This document shows positions 25,859 through 32,443 of a DNA stretch of 32,443 nucleotides, in pieces. Positions within the stretch are counted from its first letter, which is position 1, and every line of letters starts with the position of its first letter. This DNA comes from Candidatus Liptonbacteria bacterium RIFCSPLOWO2_01_FULL_56_20. GTDB taxonomy: Bacteria > Patescibacteriota > Minisyncoccia > UBA6257 > 2-01-FULL-56-20. The notes below the pieces were generated by a model. That model did not search any database. It had not been told where the DNA came from and worked only from the letters and a program-made list of their open reading frames with translations. The stretch is taken from contig MHLC01000022.1 of assembly GCA_001818655.1 (NCBI GenBank), forward strand, positions 2,319 to 34,761, read 5' to 3'. The position numbers were made by a program, and so were the translations under genes.

Positions 25859-26167
25859 ATGATTATCCGGGGAAAGAGCTCGTTGCCGCGCGATATGCCA
25901 CTGGTCAAGGTGGTCGTTGATATCAAAAAGAACATTCTTGCCATGGGCTGCGACTTACATATTGACTGCGCTGATGAGCTTCTTGCCGATGGATCGGAAC
26001 GTAAAAACCTTTGGGGCGCGAACGTGTTTCCTGAAGAAAAGCGCATTGACTGTGTTTCGCTCATCAATATCCGCCCCGCCGACAACAACCGTTCGATGGA
26101 AATCACGATCCCCGAAATTCGCAAGCAGGTCGAAGAGGTAATTGCAGCCCTTCTTTTTAGAGCATGA
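25859..26167 (+). CDS. DUF5674-like protein
   Basis: VKVVVDI..G.DLHIDC..LL.DGS...NLWGAN..SLINIRP..NRSMEI (family recalled from memory). Confidence 0.7.
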   Translation: MIIRGKSSLPRDMPLVKVVVDIKKNILAMGCDLHIDCADELLADGSERKNLWGANVFPEEKRIDCVSLINIRPADNNRSMEITIPEIRKQVEEVIAALLFRA

Positions 26168-26436
26168 CAGGGGATCGGTGGCGCGGGTTTGATAAACGCT
26201 TTCAGCTTCTCGCAATCGGCTCGGAGTTTGAACGCGCTCGCGTAGCCGAAGAGCGCGGACTGCAGGAAGATGTTCGCATGATGCTTGACCGCGCCCTGGA
26301 ATTGATAGATCTTTCACTGGGTGATCCAAAGTGGCGCGACGATGCGCCCATGCTTCTTGGCTTGCGCGACGAGGTGGTCGGGTTCCGGAACGGCGAGCGG
26401 ACGGGCAGCGTTGCCGTACTTTTTCAGGCGCTCTAG
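26164..26436 (+). CDS. Small helical hypothetical protein coupled to the DUF5674 gene
   Basis: ATGA overlap; QLLAIGSEFERA..RALELIDL. Confidence 0.75.
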   Translation: MTGDRWRGFDKRFQLLAIGSEFERARVAEERGLQEDVRMMLDRALELIDLSLGDPKWRDDAPMLLGLRDEVVGFRNGERTGSVAVLFQAL

Positions 26437-26439
26437 GAT

Positions 26440-28197
26440 ATGAACATCGAAACTAAGATTTGCCAGAACTGTGAACAGAGCTTCGTCATCGAACCGGAGG
26501 ACTTTACGTTCTACGAAAAGATCAAAGTTCCGCCGCCCACGTGGTGCCCGGAGTGCAGGGCAATCCGACGGATGGTGTTCTGGAACCAGTCGAATCTTTA
26601 TCGAAAAAAAGACTCACGAACGGGCGAGGAGATATTCTCGACTTACCCCGCGCGCGCGGATGTCAAAATTTATGACCATGACTATTGGTGGTCGGACGCG
26701 TGGGATCCAATGGAATTCGGCATGGCAATCGATTTTTCACGCCCATTCCTTGAACAGCTTAAAGAGCTGAATGCTAAAGTGCCCTTGCCGAGCAGGTCGG
26801 TCCGGGGCATGGTGAACAGCGACTACTCTAACCAGGCCTCTTACCTGAAGGATTGCTATCCTTGCTTCAACGGCGGGAACGCGGAGAATTGTTTGTACTG
26901 CGTGGCGTTTCAGCGGATCAAGGACACTATGGACGCGTACGCCGTGCTTGACCTTGAGCTGGGCTATGAACTTTATCAGGCAGGCAGCAGTTCCCGGTGC
27001 TTTTTCTCCTCTGATGTAGAAAATTGCAGGGACGTCTGGTTTTCGCGGGACTGCGTAGATTGCAGCGACTGTTTCGGCTGCGTGAACCTGCGGCATAAAC
27101 GATATTGTATTTTTAATGAGCAGTGCACAAAGGAAGATTATGAGAAGAACGTAAAGGCGCTTGATCGTGGTTCGCATGCCGCCGTGCAGGATATAAAGAA
27201 AAAACTGCGAGAATTATATCTTCGGTTGCCGCATAAATTCCTGCACGGCTTGCACAATGTGAACGTGTCGGGCGATTACGTCTACAATTCAAAAAACGCG
27301 CACGACGTGTTTGAGGCGGGAGAGTTGGAGGATGTGCGTTATTCAGAGAATCTCGCTACCGGCGTTAAGGACGCCTACGACTACACGAATTGGGGCGAAC
27401 ACTCGGAGTTGATCTATGAGGCGTCCTCTTGCGGAGATAATTGCAGGAACATTAAGTTCTGCTTTGATTGTTGGCCGGCGATGCGCGACAGCGAATACTG
27501 CTTGAGTTGTCATTCTTCCGGCAACCTGTTTGGCTGCGTCGGTCTGCGTAACAAGCAGTATTGCATTTTGAACAAACAGTATACCAGAGAAGAATACGAG
27601 GAATTATTACCGCGCATCATTGATCATATGACGGCGATGCCTTATACAAATCAGAATGGGAGGACATATCGCTACGGAGAATTTTTCCCGCCCGAGTTTT
27701 CTCCTCTCGCATATAACGAGACGATTGCCATTAATTACTATCCTAAGGCAAAGGACGCAGTCATGGCGTCCGGCTACCTCTGGCGCGATCCTGACGAGAA
27801 AGAGTACGAGGCGACCATGGGGGCGTCTGATCTGCCCGACCATATAAGCGACGCGAAAGACAGTATTATCGAACAGGTCATTCGGTGCGATTCATGTAAA
27901 AGGGCCCATAGGATACTTGACCGCGAGCTGGCGTTTTATCGGCGTTTTGTTATACCTCTCCCGCGGCTGTGTCATCGATGCCGATATACTGCGCGCTTGT
28001 CGATCCGCAATCCCCGGAAATCATATCGTCGTCGCTGTGAGTGCGCGGGGAAGAGTTCAGAAAACGGCATCTATCAAAACACCATCGCGCATTTCCACAA
28101 AAGCGATCCCTGCCCCAACGAATTCGAAACCTCTTATGCCCCTGGCCGGTCAGAGATCGTGTATTGCGAACAGTGTTACAATGCGGAAGTTGTATAG
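26440..28197 (+). CDS. Large Cys-rich protein, paralog 1
   Basis: N-terminal CQNC..CPEC; internal CxxCxxCFGC repeats; YRYGEFFP; C-terminal CEQCYNAEVV. Confidence 0.9.
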   Translation: MNIETKICQNCEQSFVIEPEDFTFYEKIKVPPPTWCPECRAIRRMVFWNQSNLYRKKDSRTGEEIFSTYPARADVKIYDHDYWWSDAWDPMEFGMAIDFSRPFLEQLKELNAKVPLPSRSVRGMVNSDYSNQASYLKDCYPCFNGGNAENCLYCVAFQRIKDTMDAYAVLDLELGYELYQAGSSSRCFFSSDVENCRDVWFSRDCVDCSDCFGCVNLRHKRYCIFNEQCTKEDYEKNVKALDRGSHAAVQDIKKKLRELYLRLPHKFLHGLHNVNVSGDYVYNSKNAHDVFEAGELEDVRYSENLATGVKDAYDYTNWGEHSELIYEASSCGDNCRNIKFCFDCWPAMRDSEYCLSCHSSGNLFGCVGLRNKQYCILNKQYTREEYEELLPRIIDHMTAMPYTNQNGRTYRYGEFFPPEFSPLAYNETIAINYYPKAKDAVMASGYLWRDPDEKEYEATMGASDLPDHISDAKDSIIEQVIRCDSCKRAHRILDRELAFYRRFVIPLPRLCHRCRYTARLSIRNPRKSYRRRCECAGKSSENGIYQNTIAHFHKSDPCPNEFETSYAPGRSEIVYCEQCYNAEVV

Positions 28198-28218
28198 CCA
28201 AGGTGGGTGTGTTATGCT
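28190..28218 (+). promoter_or_regulatory. Probable leaderless hicBA promoter
   Basis: TTGTAT-17 bp-TATGCT with a TG extension, 6 nt before ATG 28225. Confidence 0.5.
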
Positions 28219-28224
28219 GGGGTT

Positions 28225-28446
28225 ATGGCAAAAAGGCAATTTACTGCGGTTTATAAAAAATCCGGCAAGTGGTATCTCGGCTGGGTTGAAGAAATCCCCG
28301 GAGTGAATACGCAGGGTAGAACTCTTAGAGAGGCAAAAGCAAATCTGAAAGAGGCACTGCAGCTCGTCATTCAAACAAGCCGTTTAATGAGCCGTATTGG
28401 CACAGAAAAAGGGATTATCCGGGAACCACTGGCGGTGTCGGTCTGA
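28225..28446 (+). CDS. hicB: HicB family antitoxin (short form)
   Basis: WYLGWVEEIPGVNTQGRTLREAKANLKEAL. Start moved to ATG 28225. Confidence 0.88.
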   Translation: MAKRQFTAVYKKSGKWYLGWVEEIPGVNTQGRTLREAKANLKEALQLVIQTSRLMSRIGTEKGIIREPLAVSV

Positions 28447-28462
28447 TTTTTTGAATTTCGCC

Positions 28463-28657
28463 ATGAAACGGCGTGACTTCATCCGGCATCTTTCTATGCA
28501 CGGCTGTATTTTCGTCCGCGAGGGTGCCAAACATAGCGTTTATTTCAATCCTGACACCAGGCGCATTTCCACTGTCCCGCGACATGCGGAAATCAACAAC
28601 TTCCTTGCCAAGAAAATCTGTCACGATTTGGGCGTTCCGGAAACTAAGCGGAAATGA
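28463..28657 (+). CDS. hicA: HicA family toxin (mRNA interferase)
   Basis: MKRRDFIRHL..GCIFVREGAKHSVY..STVPRHAEI..AKKICHDL. Confidence 0.9.
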   Translation: MKRRDFIRHLSMHGCIFVREGAKHSVYFNPDTRRISTVPRHAEINNFLAKKICHDLGVPETKRK

Positions 28658-28776
28658 CCGTGCAAACCAAAACCTGCCAAAACCCCGACGTTTCAGTCGA
28701 GGCCCCGAAGCCGACGCATCTGGTCGGCTCTCCGACAGAATCGTCGGCAGCCGGAGCGTCGGGGCTGCTACAATAA
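28654..28776 (+). pseudogene. Stub of a Cys-rich paralog (MTVQTKTCQN) fused to a palindromic element
   Basis: ATGA overlap with the hicA stop; N-terminus matches MNIETKICQNC/MPSETKRCQNC; element at 28683-28764. Confidence 0.7.
28683..28764. repeat. Composite palindromic element
   Basis: CCCCGACGTTTC/GGAGCGTCGGGG termini; inner hairpins AGCCGAC/GTCGGCT and CCGAC/GTCGG. Confidence 0.8.
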
Positions 28777-28780
28777 AAGC

Positions 28781-30487
28781 ATGCCGAGCGAGACAAAGCG
28801 GTGTCAAAATTGCCAACGCGACTTCGTAATCGAGCCGGACGACTTCAATTTCTACGAGAAAATAAAAGTCCCGCCGCCGACGTTTTGCCCGGAGTGCCGG
28901 TTTCAGAGGCGTTTATTATTTTGGAATCCGATGTATCTCTATCGCCGGACATGCGATTTGTGCAAGAAGTTTAATATCTCGGTCTATCCACCGGATGCGC
29001 CGTATACGGTTTATTGTCCGGCGTGCTGGTGGAGCGATAAGTGGGATCCATTTGCCTACGGGCGCGAGTATGACTTCAGCCGGCCGTTTTTTGAGCAGCT
29101 GAACGAATTGTGGCATGAGGCGCCTCTTCTTGGGTTATCTATGGACCTGATGACTGCCGACACCTCGCCTTTCAATCATGACGCCGGCCATTTGAAAAAC
29201 TGCTATCTGCTGTTTCATGCGGACTTTGACGAAGATTGCGCCTATGGATATTACATAGGGCACAGCCAGACGATGTTTGACTGTGCCGCAGTGGAGCAAT
29301 GCCAGATGGGTTACGATTCTATGCATTCCTACCGCACGAATCACTGCATCGGTTCGCGCCACCAGCTTTCCGATTCTTTGGACTGCCTGTTCTGTCGGGA
29401 TTGCCAGAACTGCCAAAATTGTTTCGCCTCCGCGAATTTGAAGAATAAAAAGTATTACGCCTGGAACGAACCGCTTTCCCGGGAAGAGTACTTTGCGGAG
29501 ATCGCCAAATATGACCTCGGTTCTTATGCGACGTACCGTGCGGTTCAAGACAGAGCGGAGCAGCACTGGCGAACCCAAATACCCAAGTCGGAGTACAACG
29601 AGTTTGTGGAAAATTGCACCGGCCCGAATATATTTTTCTCCAAGAACACCAAGGACAGCATTGAGGTATTTAATACAGAGGATTCCCGCTATCTTTTCCG
29701 GCTATGGGGGCCGTCTAATAAGAACTGCTACGACATTTCCATGTGGGGGAATAATATTTCTTTTTGCTACGAGTGCTGCGCGGTGGGCGAAAACGCGGAC
29801 CTTATTTTCTTTTCGGATGAGCTGGGGATGAACCTTTCGGACGCGCAGTACTGCAAAGCATCAACTGGCGGCGCGCATCATTTCGGGTGCGTGTCAATGA
29901 AAAAAGGCACGTACTGTATTCTGAATAAACAGTATTCAAAAGAGGAGTACGCCGAGATGGTTGCGAAGATAAAGGACCATATGGACAAGATGCCTTTTAC
30001 GGATGCGAAAGGCAATGTATATCGTTATGGCGAATTTTTGCCTCCGGAAATGTCGCCGTTCGCCTATAACACCACGCTCGCCCAAAACTTTTTCCCTTTA
30101 ACTAAGACCGGAGCGCTGGAGAAAAAATACTCCTGGCGCGAAGCCGAACCAGAGGACTATGAAATGACGATGAAGGCCGCGGATTTGCCGGACCACATCA
30201 AAGACGTTCCGGACACGGTCTTGGATAAAAAAGTTGCCTGCGCGACGTGCGGCCGGGCGTACCGGATAATAAAAATGGAACTCGATTTTCACCGGAAGAT
30301 GAACGTATCCTTGCCGCGGGAGTGCCACTATTGCCGCATCAACACCAAGTTAAATTTATGGGTGAAAAACAACAGGCGCATCAAACGCGTCTGTACGGGC
30401 TGCGGAAAGGAGATGGAATCTCCCTATTCGGCGGCCGAGGCCGAAAGGGTTCTCTGCAAACAGTGCTACCAAGCAGAAATAGTATGA
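28781..30487 (+). CDS. Large Cys-rich protein, paralog 2
   Basis: Same architecture as paralog 1; ends CKQCYQAEIV. Confidence 0.9.
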   Translation: MPSETKRCQNCQRDFVIEPDDFNFYEKIKVPPPTFCPECRFQRRLLFWNPMYLYRRTCDLCKKFNISVYPPDAPYTVYCPACWWSDKWDPFAYGREYDFSRPFFEQLNELWHEAPLLGLSMDLMTADTSPFNHDAGHLKNCYLLFHADFDEDCAYGYYIGHSQTMFDCAAVEQCQMGYDSMHSYRTNHCIGSRHQLSDSLDCLFCRDCQNCQNCFASANLKNKKYYAWNEPLSREEYFAEIAKYDLGSYATYRAVQDRAEQHWRTQIPKSEYNEFVENCTGPNIFFSKNTKDSIEVFNTEDSRYLFRLWGPSNKNCYDISMWGNNISFCYECCAVGENADLIFFSDELGMNLSDAQYCKASTGGAHHFGCVSMKKGTYCILNKQYSKEEYAEMVAKIKDHMDKMPFTDAKGNVYRYGEFLPPEMSPFAYNTTLAQNFFPLTKTGALEKKYSWREAEPEDYEMTMKAADLPDHIKDVPDTVLDKKVACATCGRAYRIIKMELDFHRKMNVSLPRECHYCRINTKLNLWVKNNRRIKRVCTGCGKEMESPYSAAEAERVLCKQCYQAEIV

Positions 30488-32301
30488 CAGAAACCCGCAA
30501 TTGCCAGAATTGTAAGCAGCCGTTCGTTATTGAACCGGATGACTTCGCGTTCTACGAAAAGATAAAAGTCCCGCCGCCCTCGTGGTGCCCGGAGTGCAGG
30601 ATGGTGAGAAGAATGGATTGGCGGAATGAACGCACCTTATATAAGCGGGGATGCAACGCTCCGGGGCACAACGAAGAGGTCATTTCCGTCTTCTCTCCGG
30701 ACAAACCATTCACGGTTTATGACCAAAAATATTGGTGGTCCGATCAGTGGGATACGCTAGCCACGGGGAAGAATTACGATTTCTCAAAACCCTTCTTCTC
30801 GCAGCTCAAAGGGCTCTTTGAGTCCACCCCGCTCCTCACGGTGTTCAATGGGAACGCGGTGAACTCCGACTACGCGAACCATACACGCGATAGCAAGAAT
30901 TCTTACCTCATTTCGGCGGGGATACAAAATGAAAATGTCCTCTATGCGAACCGAACGGCACAAAATAAGGATTCAGTGGATTTGTACCTAACCGATAAGA
31001 TGGAGGGCTGCTACGAAGATGTAAATTGCGGAACTTCGTATCGGCTTTTCTTCAGCTTCGGATGCGAGGATTGCCGGGACTCTTGGTTTTTATACGATTG
31101 CCGAAACTGCTCCAATTGCTTTGGGTGCGTTGGTTTACGGAATAAATCTTATTACATTTTCAATCAGCCCCATACAAAAGAGGGGTATAAAGAAGCTCTG
31201 CGGGGTTTTGACTTGGGGAGTCATCGCAGCATCGAAGATATTCGTAAAAGGCACCGGGACCTTGTAAGAATGTTCCCCAAGAAATTTATGTATTCTTTCA
31301 AGGTGGTCGGCGTGGTAGGCGACATTGTGGGGGAAACAAAAAATTGCCGTTACTGTTTCGATCTTTTGAGAGCCGAAGATTCTAAATTCATTGTTTGGGG
31401 TGGATTTAATCTGAAAGACGCGTTTGACGGATACGGCATGGGCGGCAATGCCGAGCTTCTCTACGAAGTTGTCGACGTTGGTCTCCAGGGCTCGAATGCT
31501 AAGTTTTCTGTAGTGGCATGGGGGTGTCATGATGTCCAATACTCATATAACTGTCACGGCTCCTTCAATCTCTTCGCCTGCGTCGGCCTCCGCAACAAGC
31601 AATACTGCATCCTGAACAAGCAGTACACCAAGGAAGAGTATGAAAAGTTGGTGCCCAAGATAATAGAGCATATGAACACCATGCCCTACGTGGACAAGCA
31701 GGGCAGGGTATACAAATACGGCGAATTCTTCCCACCCGAACTCTCGCCGTTTGCATACAACGAAACCATTGCCCAAGAATACTTCCCGCTGACCAAGGAA
31801 CAAGCGCTTGCCAAGGGGTATTGCTGGAAAGACCCGGAGACCAAGCAATATACGATAACCAAGAAACCAGAAGATCTGCCTGATCACATCAAGGACGTAG
31901 ACGATAGCATTCTCAAGGAAACCATTGGCTGCGCGCATGCAGTAAGTAGCCCTTCGGCAGGCTCAGGGCAAATTGGCAAGCCAATTTGCAACCATCAATG
32001 CACGACTGCGTTCAAGCTCATCCCCCAGGAATTGCAGTTCTACCGCAGAATGAACCTGCCCTTGCCCAGATTATGCCCTAACTGTAGGCACTACGAGCGC
32101 CTCAAACAGCGAAATCCATTAAAGCTCTGGCATCGAAAATGCACCTGCGCCGGAGCGAAGTCAGAGAACGGCGTCTATCAAAACACCATCGCGCATTTCC
32201 ACAAAAGCGATCCCTGCCCCAACAAATTTGAGACGTCTTATGCTCCGAATCGGCCTGAGGTCGTGTATTGCGAGCAGTGTTACAATGCGGAAGTTGTATG
32301 A
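30484..32301 (+). CDS. Large Cys-rich protein, paralog 3
   Basis: Likely start ATG 30484 (MTETRNCQNC; ATGA overlap with paralog 2); ends CEQCYNAEVV. Confidence 0.9.
   Translation: MTETRNCQNCKQPFVIEPDDFAFYEKIKVPPPSWCPECRMVRRMDWRNERTLYKRGCNAPGHNEEVISVFSPDKPFTVYDQKYWWSDQWDTLATGKNYDFSKPFFSQLKGLFESTPLLTVFNGNAVNSDYANHTRDSKNSYLISAGIQNENVLYANRTAQNKDSVDLYLTDKMEGCYEDVNCGTSYRLFFSFGCEDCRDSWFLYDCRNCSNCFGCVGLRNKSYYIFNQPHTKEGYKEALRGFDLGSHRSIEDIRKRHRDLVRMFPKKFMYSFKVVGVVGDIVGETKNCRYCFDLLRAEDSKFIVWGGFNLKDAFDGYGMGGNAELLYEVVDVGLQGSNAKFSVVAWGCHDVQYSYNCHGSFNLFACVGLRNKQYCILNKQYTKEEYEKLVPKIIEHMNTMPYVDKQGRVYKYGEFFPPELSPFAYNETIAQEYFPLTKEQALAKGYCWKDPETKQYTITKKPEDLPDHIKDVDDSILKETIGCAHAVSSPSAGSGQIGKPICNHQCTTAFKLIPQELQFYRRMNLPLPRLCPNCRHYERLKQRNPLKLWHRKCTCAGAKSENGVYQNTIAHFHKSDPCPNKFETSYAPNRPEVVYCEQCYNAEVV
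31949..31969. repeat. Short hairpin element in frame in paralog 3 (SPSAGSG)
   Basis: GCCCT-TCGGCAGGCTC-AGGGC within a segment absent from the other two paralogs. Confidence 0.55.
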
Positions 32302-32375
32302 CAAAAACAGGCCGAAGTCCCGCCGTAGCTTCAGCGGAAGCGGACGAAAGCTGCTACAATAGCGAGGTTGTATAA
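32298..32375 (+). pseudogene. 25-codon collapsed Cys-rich paralog stub MTKTGRSPAVASAEADESCYNSEVV
   Basis: ATGA overlap with the paralog 3 stop; ends CYNSEVV like CYNAEVV; the middle is a hairpin element at 32317-32345. Confidence 0.7.
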
Positions 32376-32443
32376 TTGAGCGGCAGCAGCCGCTCGCGGA
32401 GCGCGCGGTTTTGTGGTAGAATTTTTCTGTCAAGAGCGCCTAT

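Noticed and set aside
30247-30483. N-terminal extension of paralog 3 in the ORF track
   Set aside because: It overlaps paralog 2; the family N-terminus starts at ATG 30484.
28057-32244. Diversity-generating retroelement TR/VR pair in the Cys-rich gene 3' ends
   Set aside because: Differences include C/T and C/G changes, not only adenines; both copies are in coding genes; no reverse transcriptase is in the window.
1-32443. Alternative genetic code (TGA read as Gly or Trp)
   Set aside because: Conserved genes such as dnaK and hicA end at TGA at the expected length, and none shows an internal TGA.

Overview
A 32.4-kb bacterial chromosome segment using the standard genetic code (TGA is a stop). 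Gene content and style suggest Patescibacteria/CPR, probably Parcubacteria; this is an inference. Housekeeping genes: DksA/TraR-like, L10 leader with rplJ-rplL, YbhB/YbcL, ychF, recR-dnaB-cysS (cysS frameshifted), CIRCE-hrcA-grpE-dnaK-(membrane gene)-dnaJ, secD-secF, a sigma-region-4/HTH protein, a HerA/VirB4/TraD-like ATPase cluster and cutA. An accessory end region holds DUF5674, hicBA and three ~570-605 aa Cys-rich paralogs. The most striking feature is two independent nested tRNA loci. At each, a complete tRNA (Val-CAC 3153-3227; Lys-TTT 17893-17969) sits at the apex of a self-complementary intervening sequence that interrupts the anticodon loop of a second, sequence-distinct tRNA of the same type (3102-3283; 17796-18047). 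The Lys locus also has a third, alternative 3' half. Also seen: several families of short palindromic elements inserted in frame in dnaK, dnaJ and a Cys-rich gene; two collapsed gene stubs in which such an element joins a paralog N-terminus to a C-terminus-like sequence; twin perfect palindromes bracketing the heat-shock operon; TAG-containing heptamer arrays at gene ends; and an EndoIII-like glycosylase ORF at the left edge that the ORF track missed. All calls come from manual reading; no searches were run.
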